Assembly: GCA_044352465.1 (NCBI GenBank)
Contig: JBILDU010000001.1
Location: forward strand, 88,618 to 152,617
Source of the DNA: Bdellovibrionota bacterium
GTDB taxonomy: Bacteria; Bdellovibrionota_C; UBA2361
Reading direction: 5' to 3'
DNA length: 64,000 nt
Below are positions 28,659 to 41,849 of this stretch, piece after piece (position 1 is the first letter of the stretch; every line of letters starts with the position of its first letter). The notes beneath the pieces are model-generated. The model did not search any database. It was not told the DNA's origin and worked only from the letters and a program-made list of their open reading frames with translations. The translations under genes and the position numbers were made by a program.

Positions 28659-28875
28659 CGAATCCTAGGTGGTGATGCATTCGTGCGCATCTCCTGATCG
28701 GATGGCGAAATCACTCCCTCGAACACACCCCTCAAAGGTGTTTTCTTGGTTGTGCTTCGCCCTCCGACATATCACGCCAGCGAACGCAGCAAGCCAGCGA
28801 GCTGTCGCCCTGCCTTCGCCCGCGAAGATCTCGCCTGCTACTAACGCGCCAAGAGCGCGCCGGCACGACAAGCTC

Positions 28876-29463
28876 CTACGTTTTATAACTTGAGGGGCTC
28901 CAGCAAGTTACAAGAACCATCCGTTCTCCGGCGGTTACCGGCTCGACTCCGTGGACGATGATCCCACGAGAGATAAAAAGGGAATAAGGCGGGATATCGG
29001 GGTAATTGCGTGCCCCGTTTCGCTCCTCGAAGTACGCCCCACCTTCGTAGGTTCTCCCGAAATGAAATATGGCGAAGACGTCATCGTTACCGTGACGGTG
29101 CGCGGGTAGCGCCGAGCCAACAGGCATACGATGTAGCTGCGCTCCTTCAGCGAAGCGACGCTCCTCGAGGATGCCACTCATCAATGCGATCGCTTCGGGG
29201 GAGCGGAGCCTGTCGTTTATTGAGCGGGCCTCAACCCCGAAGTCCTGTAAGACCCCTCGGCTCCGAATATCTGAAATTCGAATGCCGTCTTCTTTGCTAA
29301 AAGAAGCTTCACGGAAGGACAAATTGCCGAGGACGTCCTCTATATGGCGAAGCTCAAAAATACCCCGCAGCTCCTGCTCCCGAATCGTCACCGTGTCGTT
29401 CGCGCGAATAGTCGCAGCGAGCTCCGGTACGTTTCGGATGTCGGTGTGTTGGTGTCGTTCCAT
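28876..29463 (-). CDS. 2OG-Fe(II) oxygenase-like protein
   Basis: LPAHRH, YEGG, HGVEPVTAGERMVLVTCW jelly-roll motifs. Confidence 0.75.
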   Translation of the reverse strand: MERHQHTDIRNVPELAATIRANDTVTIREQELRGIFELRHIEDVLGNLSFREASFSKEDGIRISDIRSRGVLQDFGVEARSINDRLRSPEAIALMSGILEERRFAEGAQLHRMPVGSALPAHRHGNDDVFAIFHFGRTYEGGAYFEERNGARNYPDIPPYSLFISRGIIVHGVEPVTAGERMVLVTCWSPSSYKT

Positions 29464-29809
29464 GGCGCCGAAGGTTACGCTGTTAGGCGGCCGAGCTCAA
29501 TAGAAATGTTTAAAAACACCACCCGTCGTGATCGCACTCATAAGCATCGATGCTCCGGTGTGGTGAGATGCTTGGACATCGGCTCTGTATGGGGGACGGC
29601 AAGCTCGATAAGCGAAGCGTCATCCAGCAGGGCCGATTTTTTTTGAGGTGTCGAGCCGCGGACATGTGGCTGGAGTGCTCTGGAGCGTCCAGAGGATTTG
29701 GCCCAACTTTAAAAATGGGTAGGTGCCGATGAGGGAGGCCGCCGCTCGTACTCTGTCCCAAAAGTCTGTTCACCTGAGAGCCGGCTCGTGGATGGAACCC
29801 GAGGGCGGA

Positions 29810-30223
29810 TCACTCATTCGTGGGATTCGTTACTTCGGGCAGGAGCGGAATTCCGGAGAGGTCGCTCTCGAACGGCTCCGTTGTGCTCGGAGATAGGGGG
29901 GTTGCCCGCTCGACATGGGTGCTTGGGGTCTCATAGTCCCGATCGTGGTGCAGTCCCCGAACGGTGCGACTCTCCTCGGTGATGTTGCGCGGTTCGGTTA
30001 CCCGCGAGGTCTCCGGTGACTCCGTCTCCGGAAGGTTGAGACGAGCTCGTTCCGGAGCGTGTGTCGATTCGATCGTTGGTTGGGGGATAGGTGGCGTTAG
30101 ATCGGTGGCGCCGAGCTTTGCGTTTGGTTGCGCTAGTCCCATAACCCCGACGGTCGCCATAAGCACGGTGAGAAACAAGTTCCCGATGCCGCTATTGGAT
30201 GTACGAAAATTTCGATACGTCAT
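29810..30223 (-). CDS. Hypothetical protein with one TM/signal segment and a Pro/Thr/Glu-rich disordered tail
   Basis: GAGG RBS, hydrophobic N-terminal segment, low-complexity body. Confidence 0.45.
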   Translation of the reverse strand: MTYRNFRTSNSGIGNLFLTVLMATVGVMGLAQPNAKLGATDLTPPIPQPTIESTHAPERARLNLPETESPETSRVTEPRNITEESRTVRGLHHDRDYETPSTHVERATPLSPSTTEPFESDLSGIPLLPEVTNPTNE

Positions 30224-30304
30224 TGTCCCGCCTCAGTAGTCCACTTGGAAGAATTCGCGAGAGGGACCGTATCGTGGAAGAATCGACCGCCTTTATGAGC
30301 CGAG

Positions 30305-31201
30305 TCATGACTGCGCAGCGGCGGTGATAAGTTGCGCAAGGTGGGTGATAATCGGGGTTGCAACGTCGATTCCAGTAGTTGATTCGATCCCGCTTAAGCC
30401 GGGAGAGGAGTTTACCTCAAGGATAAGTGGCCCAAGGTCGGTTTCGATGATATCGACCCCAGCGATTGAGAGTCCCATGGCGTGAGTCGCTCGGAGAGCG
30501 AGCTCTTCGAGCGCAGGATCGAGTGTAAGCCGTTCCGCCGTACCTCCGCGGTGGAGATTGCTGCGAAACTCGCCGAACCGGCCGTGGCGACACATCGCGG
30601 CAATAACCCTATCACCAACGACAAAGGCGCGGATATCTGATGACCGCGCTTCGGGAAAATATCTCTGAATAATAATCGGTAGTCGATTCGCCAGCATTGT
30701 TTCCGCGATCGCGCTTGCGCTGGTCGGGCTTTCGGCCAACATCACGCCGACTCCTTGAGAGCCGTGCACGGTCTTCACGATATATTGCGATCCCCCCAGG
30801 AGATGGAGGGCACCTCGAATATCGCTCGCGCGTCGCACGGCGATCGAGGGGGGGACTGGAAGGTTGAGCTGGCGCAGCCGTTGAGCGGTATGAAGCTTGT
30901 CGTGTGAGGCGCGGATCGATTCACTTACGTTTATCGCGACACACCCGGTAGCTTCGAACTGTTTGAGGACGGCGAGCCCAAACGGATCGCTCGCCGCGCT
31001 AAGCCGCGGAATGACCCCATGAAAGCGGGGGAGCCGCGTACCTTTGAAAAAAAGCGCGATCCCCGCAGGCTCGACCACCAAGGTAAGATCGGACGCTGCG
31101 ACAAGCTCCATCGAGTGGCCGCAGGCGAGAGCAGCTTCGCGCAGCCGCACTGAGCTTGGCGATGAGGTGTGCTCGACGTTTAAGGTAACAAGATTCACCA
31201 T
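30305..31201 (-). CDS. rimK: RimK-family ATP-grasp alpha-L-glutamate ligase
   Basis: DKL.T.Q.L, GSQGVGVMLAES, DIRAFVVG, FRSNLHRGG, LEVNSSPGL.GIE. Confidence 0.92.
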   Translation of the reverse strand: MVNLVTLNVEHTSSPSSVRLREAALACGHSMELVAASDLTLVVEPAGIALFFKGTRLPRFHGVIPRLSAASDPFGLAVLKQFEATGCVAINVSESIRASHDKLHTAQRLRQLNLPVPPSIAVRRASDIRGALHLLGGSQYIVKTVHGSQGVGVMLAESPTSASAIAETMLANRLPIIIQRYFPEARSSDIRAFVVGDRVIAAMCRHGRFGEFRSNLHRGGTAERLTLDPALEELALRATHAMGLSIAGVDIIETDLGPLILEVNSSPGLSGIESTTGIDVATPIITHLAQLITAAAQS

Positions 31202-31246
31202 CGCTTGTCTTTAACCGGGCGAAAGCTCAAAGTGAGTAGCGTAACC

Positions 31247-32665
31247 ATGACACACAACCACCCTCCAGACGAATCGGACCGCACCCCCTCGCTTCGCGCC
31301 GCGGTCAAAGACGGCATGGCTCATTCTGTCATGATCGGCGCCGGTGAGACTTATCTTGGGGTCTACGGCATTTTTCTTCAAGCAACGACCTTGCAGGTCG
31401 GTCTTCTCGCCACATTCCCGGCGTTTCTTGGGGCGATCTTCCAGGCTGTCGCGGTTTTCTTCATGCCTTTTTTTAAGACGCGGCGCCGCCCGATCGTGGT
31501 GAGCGCCGTTTTAAATGGCCTCATCTGGTTTCCGATCGCGCTCATCCCTTTCGCTTTCGGAGTTGGCCCCCAAGCGGTCTGGGTATTGATATTTCTGGTA
31601 ACGATTTATCATATCGCGGGGAACTTTGGCGCCCCGATCTGGAGCAGCCTTATTGGGGATCTCGTCCCAGCTCATCGCCGGGGGCGCTATTTTGGACGGC
31701 GTAATAAGCTCATCGGGCTCTCGACTTTTATCGCCGTTATCGCGGCCGGGCAGACCCTCGAGGTCAGTAAGGATCTTGCGGTTGCAGGGGTCGGATTTCT
31801 TGCCATCTTTATCGTGGCGGGATTAGCCCGTTTACTCTCCGCCCATTGGTTGTGCGGGTACGAGGATCCGGAGCACGTCGTTCGGCGTGAGGAGATGTTC
31901 TCCTTTTATCAATTCATTCGTCGGCTTCCGCACTCGAACTTTGCGCGGTTCGTACTTTTCTTCGCCACGATTAACTTCGCGGTCGCTTTCGCCGGGCCGT
32001 ATTTTGCCCTGTACATGCTTCGAGACCTCAAGCTCTCGTATCTGGAGTTTACCCTTCTTTCTGCGGCCGTAACGGTCACTCAGTTTTTCACGATGCAGCA
32101 TTGGGGCCGCATCAATGACCGATTCGGGAGTAAAAAAATTCTTAATATCTGCGGAATCGCGGTCGCGCTTGCCCCGGTTTTATGGCTTTTTTCGGCTGAG
32201 TTTTGGTGGATCCTCTGTATCCAGATCTATGCGGGCTTTGTGTGGGCTGGGTTTAATCTTGCCTCAACTAATTTTATGTTCGATGCGGTGACCCCGCCAA
32301 AGCGTGCCCGTTGCGCGGCCTATCAATCGTTGGTGAATGCAGCTTTTGTTCTCTTGGGATCGTTTCTGGGGGGCTGGACTGCCGAGCTTATTCCGACCGA
32401 TATCCCACTCGGCTTTACGACCCTGGAGCTCTCGTCCCCGCTCCTCGTTCTTTTTTTCCTCTCGGGGGTTCTGCGGCTTGTCGCGGCGGCCCTCCTCCTT
32501 CCACGCTTTAAGGAGGTGCGCCCGGTCGAGCAGATTGCCCATCGCCATCTTGTGTTTCAGGTCACCAATCTCCGACCTTTAAGTGGGGCTACCTTTAGTG
32601 TTATTAGTGGGTTCTTCCAGGGACGAAAGGGCAGAGAAAAAAGCCTCGACAAGGAGAAACCATGA
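31247..32665 (+). CDS. MFS transporter
   Basis: About 12 TM segments, W.SLIGDLVP..RRGRYFGRRN and WGRINDRFG.KK motifs. Confidence 0.9.
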   Translation: MTHNHPPDESDRTPSLRAAVKDGMAHSVMIGAGETYLGVYGIFLQATTLQVGLLATFPAFLGAIFQAVAVFFMPFFKTRRRPIVVSAVLNGLIWFPIALIPFAFGVGPQAVWVLIFLVTIYHIAGNFGAPIWSSLIGDLVPAHRRGRYFGRRNKLIGLSTFIAVIAAGQTLEVSKDLAVAGVGFLAIFIVAGLARLLSAHWLCGYEDPEHVVRREEMFSFYQFIRRLPHSNFARFVLFFATINFAVAFAGPYFALYMLRDLKLSYLEFTLLSAAVTVTQFFTMQHWGRINDRFGSKKILNICGIAVALAPVLWLFSAEFWWILCIQIYAGFVWAGFNLASTNFMFDAVTPPKRARCAAYQSLVNAAFVLLGSFLGGWTAELIPTDIPLGFTTLELSSPLLVLFFLSGVLRLVAAALLLPRFKEVRPVEQIAHRHLVFQVTNLRPLSGATFSVISGFFQGRKGREKSLDKEKP

Positions 32666-33885
32666 AGCATTATACCGCCGATCAGGTGAAAGCTGCGAAG
32701 AGTTCCGACGCCGTCGGGGGCATTCTTCTCTTTCTCGCCGCAGCGCTCTCCCTTTTTGGAGCTAACTCCCCCTGGAGCGAGAGCTATTTTTCGCTGATGG
32801 GGAGCGAGTGGGCCAAGCATTTCATTCACGCGGTGAATGATGGGCTGATGGTCATCTTTTTCCTCCTCGTCGGGCTCGAGATTAAGCGGGAGTTTTTAGG
32901 GGGCGATCTCGCGACGAAAGCGGAGCGGATCTTACCTATTTCCGCCGCTGCCGGTGGAATGGTGGTACCGGCACTACTCTTTTGGGCGGTCGTTGGAGAG
33001 AGCTCCTTTGCTCACGGCTGGGCCATCCCCTGCGCGACCGATATTGCCTTCTCGCTTGGGGTGCTCGCGTTGGTTGGAAAGCACGTCCCGACAACCCTGA
33101 AGATATTTTTGACGGCGCTCGCCATCGTTGACGATCTCGGTGCAATCCTGATTATCGCCTTTTTCTACAGCCATGAGCTTGCGCTGATACCGTTTTTTAT
33201 CGCCAACTTGATTTTAGCGATTCTGGTCCTCCTTAATCTTAAGGGCGTACGGAGTCTGCCGTTATATCTCTTCCTTGGTCTTTGCATGTGGGCATGCGTG
33301 TTTAACTCCGGCGTACACGCAACGATTGCGGGTGTGCTGCTCGCGCTTACTATCCCATTCAGGCCGAAGGGAGGTGGTCCGGTTGATGAGCATGAGGCAC
33401 CTCTCTTAAGGCTGGAACATGCCCTGAAGCCGTGGGTGACCTTTCTTATCTTGCCGATTTTTGCGTTTGTGAATTCCGGGGTGAACCTTCAGGGGGTGAC
33501 CGCGGCCACTTTTATGGAGCCGCTGACCTTGGCGATAATCGTCGGACTTTTCGTTGGAAAGCAGGTGGGTGTTTTTTCATTCGCCGCACTGGCGATTAAG
33601 CTGGGGTTTGCAAAGATTCCGAACGGCTCCTCGTGGGCACAGCTCTATGGTGTGGCACTCCTTTGCGGGATCGGCTTTACGATGAGTCTCTTTATCGGCG
33701 ATCTCGCTTTTCCAGGGGGGGATGTGACCCCGCAGGTTCGTCTTGGCGTCATCTTTGGCTCGCTGTTATCGATGGTTTTTGGGGCGCTGGTCCTGAAGTT
33801 TGCATGTGCACGGGCGCAGCGGTTGACGGCGTCGGCGAATAGAGGGGCGGATGGAACTTCGTCGGGGATAGTCCAGGAGGGGTAG
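32662..33885 (+). CDS. nhaA: Na+/H+ antiporter NhaA
   Basis: NDGLM.IFF..VGLEIKRE, GWAIP.ATDIAF, LAIVDD, SGVHAT, GIGFTMSLFI. Confidence 0.97.
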   Translation: MKHYTADQVKAAKSSDAVGGILLFLAAALSLFGANSPWSESYFSLMGSEWAKHFIHAVNDGLMVIFFLLVGLEIKREFLGGDLATKAERILPISAAAGGMVVPALLFWAVVGESSFAHGWAIPCATDIAFSLGVLALVGKHVPTTLKIFLTALAIVDDLGAILIIAFFYSHELALIPFFIANLILAILVLLNLKGVRSLPLYLFLGLCMWACVFNSGVHATIAGVLLALTIPFRPKGGGPVDEHEAPLLRLEHALKPWVTFLILPIFAFVNSGVNLQGVTAATFMEPLTLAIIVGLFVGKQVGVFSFAALAIKLGFAKIPNGSSWAQLYGVALLCGIGFTMSLFIGDLAFPGGDVTPQVRLGVIFGSLLSMVFGALVLKFACARAQRLTASANRGADGTSSGIVQEG

Positions 33886-34192
33886 CTCAGGCGAGGTCGT
33901 AGGGTTCTTTCTGCCTGTGCCCTACCTCAGAAGCTCGTGTACCTGAAAACCGGTCTAGCAAAGGGAGTCCGAGCCCTTGCTTTGTCTGAGACGCCTGTGG
34001 GTTTCGTTCAGCTTACTTCGACGAGCGCAGTCGACGCGAGTGTCCGGCTGAGCTTACGGCCGAAGCCCGATAATTGCACCTTGCTCCGGTCTCGATGCGG
34101 CGCTCATTGTGTCGCTGCGGCGGTATTTTGAGTAGCGATTAAAAGCGCGGTATCCTGCTTGGAGCCCGTGTGCCAAACGAGGTAATGCTTCG

Positions 34193-35125
34193 ATGGACAT
34201 TCGACCTCACGTTGACCTCACCCAAGGGCCTACCACTCTCGAGAAGGAGTCCCGTATCCAATGGGTACCTCCGTTTAGTTTCAGCAAGGGGGGGAGCTCT
34301 TACGGGATCTCCGGCAATTGGAATATGGCCCCCTTCATCGACGAGGTATCGAAGATTATCCTCAATCTTCCGAATGTGGGGCCTGCCTGGTGGATCGAGC
34401 GATGCGTTGCCCAGAGATTCGGACGAGACCTCAAGGTGGGCGAACAGATCGATCTAAAAGCCATCGACGTTATCTCGAGTGTCTATAAGATAAAAATACC
34501 GGGCGATTTATCGACCGACTTTATTCGCGTCGCCCATCACTATGGGCTTGAGCACTCTGGTGATGCGAAGTTCAAGCGTGTTTCCGAGTCTACCCCTCCC
34601 ACTGAACTAGAGGGCCGCCTACCTGGGCGTGAAGCGATTCGGAGACTTGCCATTCCCGAGATCCCTCTTCCCGACCGGTGCGACCCCCGGATCTATCGAC
34701 CGAGTATCGGAACCCATATGAATTGCAGTGGCACCACGGAGCAGTGGGAGCACCTCATGGAGTGGGAAGGGCGAAGCGATGCTGACTGTGTGCTCCGCTA
34801 TTTAAGGGCATACAACTCATTCATCCGCGAGCCCACCGGAGCTCGTTTAATCGAAGCGACACGTAATCCAAGAACAGGCACCGATCCGTATTTTCTGGGG
34901 ATGACGTATATCGCCGATGTTTTTGCGATGCCGAAGGGCGAAAACGAAAAGTTAAGTCCGGAGCAAAAGTCGGTCTACGAATTACTCTCTCTCATGCACG
35001 CTGCTTTCATGACGTCATTTTCGCTCGAGGCGATGATGCGTTCAGATCTTGAATTATGCGACCAGCGACTCTACGACGGACTTGCGCAGGCCTTTGTGGC
35101 AACTCACGCGTCGACGGAGTCCTGA
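34193..35125 (+). CDS. Hypothetical protein
   Basis: 310-aa ORF with upstream GAGG; no recognised motif. Confidence 0.55.
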   Translation: MDIRPHVDLTQGPTTLEKESRIQWVPPFSFSKGGSSYGISGNWNMAPFIDEVSKIILNLPNVGPAWWIERCVAQRFGRDLKVGEQIDLKAIDVISSVYKIKIPGDLSTDFIRVAHHYGLEHSGDAKFKRVSESTPPTELEGRLPGREAIRRLAIPEIPLPDRCDPRIYRPSIGTHMNCSGTTEQWEHLMEWEGRSDADCVLRYLRAYNSFIREPTGARLIEATRNPRTGTDPYFLGMTYIADVFAMPKGENEKLSPEQKSVYELLSLMHAAFMTSFSLEAMMRSDLELCDQRLYDGLAQAFVATHASTES

Positions 35126-35544
35126 TTGTTTGGTAGCGAGGCGGCGAACTCCTCCTTGCCGAGCTGTCCGGTTGGATGAGCTTGATATCGCGCAGCGCGC
35201 GCATTCTATTCTCTGTAGCAGCCCTCGGAAGCTCAACGATAGCCCGTGAGGGGAAAGGGTTCCTATGTGACACCCTGCTTGCGTGTCGATAGCCGATAAC
35301 AAAAATCAGCTTTCGTCGTATGGTTTCTCTTCATAGCCATTAAAGTTTGTATGTTCGCGGCGAAGGGGGGTCTGGGGCGGTGACTGGAATCCGTATCTCA
35401 AGCTCTACGGGGTCACGGGTGAATAAAGACCGTACTCTGGTCGGCTATGGGCGCATCAACGCCCCGTCTCTCTTAGGTATTAGCGAGGAATCCCTTTGTC
35501 CTCGTTTTCTGGAAAATAACTCTCCGGTGTGCTAAGGTCGGCGC

Positions 35545-35640
35545 AGAACCTTGGGGGTGTCGGTGGGCAAGAAAGGCTCAGCCGGCTGAGATTATACCCT
35601 TTGAACCTGACGCGGGTAATGCCGCCGCAGGAAAGAGGCG
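35545..35640 (+). promoter_or_regulatory. TPP riboswitch
   Basis: GGGGTGTC...GCTGAGATTATACCCTTTGAACCTGA...GGTAATGCC..CGCAGGAA upstream of the thiamine operon. Confidence 0.93.
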
Positions 35641-35720
35641 TCGCGGCGTGACTTATTCGAGTCCCTTCGCACTCATGCGTGAGTATCTGCTCACACCCTC
35701 CCCGCAAGTTTGGGGTTTCG

Positions 35721-37847
<2,127 letters not shown>

Positions 37848-37848
<1 letters not shown>

Positions 37849-38468
37849 TGGAGCTTCCGTTTGAGATAGTTGTTATCTCTCCACCGGAGAGCGGCTCCTT
37901 TGAGGGGGAGATTGTGAACGATCTATTTCAGGCGGGGCTCACCCGTTTTTATCTTCGGAAAGGAGGGGCTTCCAAAGCCGAGCTTTCGGAATACCTCCGC
38001 CGAATCACCCCCCGATTTTATGACCGAGTGGTGGTGGGGAGCCACTTTGAGCTCGTCGACGATTTTGGGCTCGGAGGTGCACACCTACCGACCGAGGCGC
38101 GGCTGCATCAGGAGACCTTTAGCCGATGGGCGGGGCGGCGAGCGGAGAAGGGAATGCGGCTGAGCACCTCGGTTCACTCGGTGAGTGAGCTTGAGGCGTT
38201 GGGAGCGAACTTCGATTTCACGTTTCTCTCGCCCGTTTTTGGGAGCCTTTCTAAGGATCTTCCGCGGGGAGCATTTAGCGAGGCTGAGCTTCGACGTGCG
38301 ACGACAGCGGGGCTGAATCTGGTCTACGCGCTGGGCGGCATCAATCCGGGGACGATCGCGGAGGCGCGAGTGCTTGGGTTTAAGGGGTGCGGGGTTATCG
38401 GGAGCGTTTGGAGCGCATCCGATCCGGTGGGGGCGTTTAAGGAACTACAAAAGGAGGCGGGCGTATGA
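37848..38468 (+). CDS. Thiamine phosphate synthase-like protein (TenI/ThiE family, divergent)
   Basis: STSVHS..EL, FLSPVF.S.SK, ALGGI; lacks the QLRxK motif seen in 39293-39934. Confidence 0.8.
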
Positions 38469-39286
38469 GTGTGGTCTCGAAACTCGAACGTCCGGTAGCG
38501 CTGACGATCGCCGGGCTCGATCCGAGCGGTGGAGCAGGGATACTCGCCGATATCAAGACCTTCGAGCAGTGTGGAGTATACGGCTTTGGGGCGGCAAGTG
38601 CTCTGACTTACCAAAGTGATGTCGAGTTTCGGGGGCTCACCTGGCTCTCCTTCGAGGAGATTGCGCGGCAACTAACCCCCCTCTTTGCTCGGTTTCAGGT
38701 GGGTTACGCTAAAATCGGGATCGTCGAGGATCTGGCGACACTCGAACAGGTTATGGATCTCCTCCTTGACCATAAGCCGGATATGAGGATTGTGTGGGAT
38801 CCGATCCTCGCCGCGAGCGCGGGGTATGCATTTCACCAAGCATGGGACTTAGCGGCCGTGAAACGGATCGCGAAGCGGTGCGCGGTTATCACCCCTAATT
38901 ATGACGAGATGCTGGGGATTCTCCCCGGCAGGTCTGCGCGGGAGGGGGCTGAGCAGCTGAGCGCTCTTGTGCCGGTGCTTTTAAAAGGGGGGCACGCGCC
39001 CGGTGAGGTAGTAGTCGATACTTTGTGTATGCAGGGGGAGTGCTACGAGTACCGGACGCCACGACTTCCTGAGGCCCTGGGCGTGTCGGGTAAGCACGGC
39101 TCGGGGTGTGTGCTTGCCGCAGCGATCACGGCAGCACTGGCGCGAAGTGAGGAGCTTCCAGCGGCGTGTGAGCACGGTCGAGTGTATACGCAGCGATTCC
39201 TACGGAGTGGCGCGACTCGGCTCGGATTTCACACCGGGATGGGCCCGACGATGAGTAGCACTTTTTTTCACGGCGCGAAGGAGTAG
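38465..39286 (+). CDS. thiD: Hydroxymethylpyrimidine/phosphomethylpyrimidine kinase
   Basis: LTIAGLDPSGGAGILADIKT, WDPIL, LLKGGH, HGSGC. Confidence 0.93.
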   Translation: MSVVSKLERPVALTIAGLDPSGGAGILADIKTFEQCGVYGFGAASALTYQSDVEFRGLTWLSFEEIARQLTPLFARFQVGYAKIGIVEDLATLEQVMDLLLDHKPDMRIVWDPILAASAGYAFHQAWDLAAVKRIAKRCAVITPNYDEMLGILPGRSAREGAEQLSALVPVLLKGGHAPGEVVVDTLCMQGECYEYRTPRLPEALGVSGKHGSGCVLAAAITAALARSEELPAACEHGRVYTQRFLRSGATRLGFHTGMGPTMSSTFFHGAKE

Positions 39287-39292
39287 CAGCCG

Positions 39293-39934
39293 ATGAGAAC
39301 GATCGAACCGGTGCAATTTATCACCCCCGATAGACCGAGTGATTACCACGTCAGCTACGTCGAAAAGGCGTGTTGGGGCGGCGTTCGGTGGGTACAGCTT
39401 CGGGTGAAGGGGCGGGATTTTCATGAGTGGTGCGCACTTGCCCTCGAGGTGAAGGGCGTGTGTCGAAATTACGGTGCAGTCTTTATCGTGAACGACTCGG
39501 CTGAGGTCGCAGCGGCAGTAGATGCCGATGGGGTGCATGTGGGGGAGAACGATACGCCACCTGAAAGGGCGCGTGAGATCGTGGGGCCCGGTAAGATAAT
39601 TGGAGCTACGGCGAATACGCTCGAAGTGGCCCGTCGTCACGTCGAGGCAGGGGTCGATTACCTCGGTGTGGGGCCGTATCGGTATACGGATACCAAAGCG
39701 AACTTAAGCCCTGTGCTCGGCTGCGCAGGGGTGCGAGATCTCTGCCAGGGGCTTCGAGACCGCGGGGCTTTGACTCCGGTGGTCGTTGTCGGAGGGGTTA
39801 CCCCGACCGATATTTCGGAGATTCGGGCGGCGGGGGCGCACGGTGTTGCGGTCAGCGGGGCTATCTCAGCGGCTCAGGATAAGATGGCGGCGGCTCGAAG
39901 TTTCGTCGAGCAGTTTTATGGAGTAACGGCATGA
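39293..39934 (+). CDS. thiE: Thiamine phosphate synthase
   Basis: [27 protein letters not shown]...T.TK. Confidence 0.93.
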   Translation: MRTIEPVQFITPDRPSDYHVSYVEKACWGGVRWVQLRVKGRDFHEWCALALEVKGVCRNYGAVFIVNDSAEVAAAVDADGVHVGENDTPPERAREIVGPGKIIGATANTLEVARRHVEAGVDYLGVGPYRYTDTKANLSPVLGCAGVRDLCQGLRDRGALTPVVVVGGVTPTDISEIRAAGAHGVAVSGAISAAQDKMAAARSFVEQFYGVTA

Positions 39935-40701
39935 CGGTGGCGTTAGAGATCGGCGGAAAGAAGCTCGCCTCGAGGCTTTTTCTGGGTACCGGAAAATTCA
40001 GCTCGGCCGCAGTGATGCGTGAAGCGGTCGCGGCGTCTGCAAGCGAGCTTGTGACGGTGGCGCTCAAGCGGGTGAACGTTCGAGCGGAAATAGACTCCAT
40101 GATCGAGCACTTAAACCTTCCGGGGGTAAATCTTCTTCCGAATACCTCGGGGGTTCGTACGGCGAAGGAAGCTGTTTTGGCGGCACATCTTGCCCGCGAG
40201 GCGCTGGAGACGAATTGGCTTAAACTTGAGATCCATCCTGATCCTCAGTATCTCCTCCCCGATCCAATTGAGACGCTCCTTGCGTGTGAGGAATTAGCAA
40301 AAGACGGCTTTATTATCTTGCCCTATGTCAACGCGGATCCGGTGCTGTGCAAGCGGCTCGAGGAGGCGGGGGCTGCAGCGGTGATGCCGCTCGGCGCTCC
40401 TATCGGGAGTAACCAAGGGCTTCAAACGAAAGCGATGCTCGAGATCATCATCGCCCAGAGTAACGTTCCGGTGGTTATCGATGCGGGGCTGGGAGCCCCC
40501 TCCCATGCGGCGGCGGCGCTTGAGATGGGAGCGGCCGCGGTGCTCGTGAACACCGCGATCGCGGTGGCGGGTGATCCGGTTGAGATGGCCCGGGCATTTC
40601 GTGAGGCGACGGTGGCGGGGCAGCGCGCACGAGAGGCCAGTCTGGCGCGGCCAGAGGTGCGGGCTGTGGCATCGAGTCCTTTGACAGCGTTCTTAGATTA
40701 G
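39931..40701 (+). CDS. thiG: Thiazole synthase
   Basis: [40 protein letters not shown]. Confidence 0.97.
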   Translation: MTVALEIGGKKLASRLFLGTGKFSSAAVMREAVAASASELVTVALKRVNVRAEIDSMIEHLNLPGVNLLPNTSGVRTAKEAVLAAHLAREALETNWLKLEIHPDPQYLLPDPIETLLACEELAKDGFIILPYVNADPVLCKRLEEAGAAAVMPLGAPIGSNQGLQTKAMLEIIIAQSNVPVVIDAGLGAPSHAAAALEMGAAAVLVNTAIAVAGDPVEMARAFREATVAGQRAREASLARPEVRAVASSPLTAFLD

Positions 40702-40706
40702 TACGT

Positions 40707-41849
40707 ATGAGTTTTGAGAACGTTCTCGAGACATATCGGTGGGAGGAGATAACGGCACAGATAGATGCCGCCTCGTCCCGTGATGTTGAGCGTGCCCTTC
40801 AAGCGACGGGACGTCGATCGTTTGAGGATTTTCTCGCGCTGGTTTCTCCCGCAGCGCGCAACTATCTTCCCCTTATGGCGGAGGAGAGCCAGCGAGTCAC
40901 CCAACGGCGATTCGGAAAAACGATTCAGCTCTATGCACCGATGTATCTCTCTAACGAGTGCCAGAATATCTGCACCTACTGTGGGTTTTCCTTTCATAAC
41001 AAAATCGCCCGAAAGACCCTGATAGATGAGGAGATCCTCCGCGAAGTCGGAGTGATAAAGTCATACGGGTATGACCATATCCTGCTCGTCTCGGGCGAAG
41101 CCCAAAAAACGGTGGGGAGCGATTACTTTGAAAACGCGGTTCGGCTTATACGGCCGCACTTTAGCCACATCTCGCTTGAGGTACAGCCGCTGGAGGAAGT
41201 GGAGTATCGGCGGCTTATGGAGGCGGGTGTCCAGACGGTGCTCGTCTATCAGGAGACCTACAACCGGGAGCGCTATAAGAGCTATCACCCGAAGGGTAAG
41301 AAATCGAACTTCTCGTATCGGCTTGATACGCCGGAGCGGCTCGGGCGAGCGGGGATATATAAAATAGGGCTCGGCGCGCTTTTGGGGCTTGAGGAGTGGC
41401 GGACCGATACGGCGTGTGTCGCACTCCACCTTGCATATCTCCGGAAGAAATTTTGGCGCACAAAGTTTTCGCTCTCTTTCCCGCGGCTTCGCCCCGCGGA
41501 GGGGTATCTTGAACCGAACGTCGTGATGACCGATCGGGACCTTGTGCAGCTTATCTGTGCATTTCGGCTTTTTGATGAGAACGTGGAACTTTCGCTTTCT
41601 ACGCGGGAGAGCCCGAAGTTTCGGGATAATGTGGTGCAGCTTGGGGTGACCTCGATGAGCGCCGGCTCAAAGACCGAGCCCGGTGGGTATTCACAACCCC
41701 ACGCAGCGCTCTCCCAATTTGAGATAAGCGACGAGCGAACGCCCGCAGAGGTCGCTCAGATGATCGCGGCGCAAGGCTATGAGCCGGTATGGAAGGATTG
41801 GGATCCTGTGCTTGAGGGGGGAGCTTCCCCCAATAATGGGGCGCTCTGA
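40707..41849 (+). CDS. thiH: 2-iminoacetate synthase (radical SAM)
   Basis: CQNICTYCGF, YQETY, SFPRLRP, LSTRE, SAGSKTEPGGY, WKDWD. Confidence 0.96.
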   Translation: MSFENVLETYRWEEITAQIDAASSRDVERALQATGRRSFEDFLALVSPAARNYLPLMAEESQRVTQRRFGKTIQLYAPMYLSNECQNICTYCGFSFHNKIARKTLIDEEILREVGVIKSYGYDHILLVSGEAQKTVGSDYFENAVRLIRPHFSHISLEVQPLEEVEYRRLMEAGVQTVLVYQETYNRERYKSYHPKGKKSNFSYRLDTPERLGRAGIYKIGLGALLGLEEWRTDTACVALHLAYLRKKFWRTKFSLSFPRLRPAEGYLEPNVVMTDRDLVQLICAFRLFDENVELSLSTRESPKFRDNVVQLGVTSMSAGSKTEPGGYSQPHAALSQFEISDERTPAEVAQMIAAQGYEPVWKDWDPVLEGGASPNNGAL

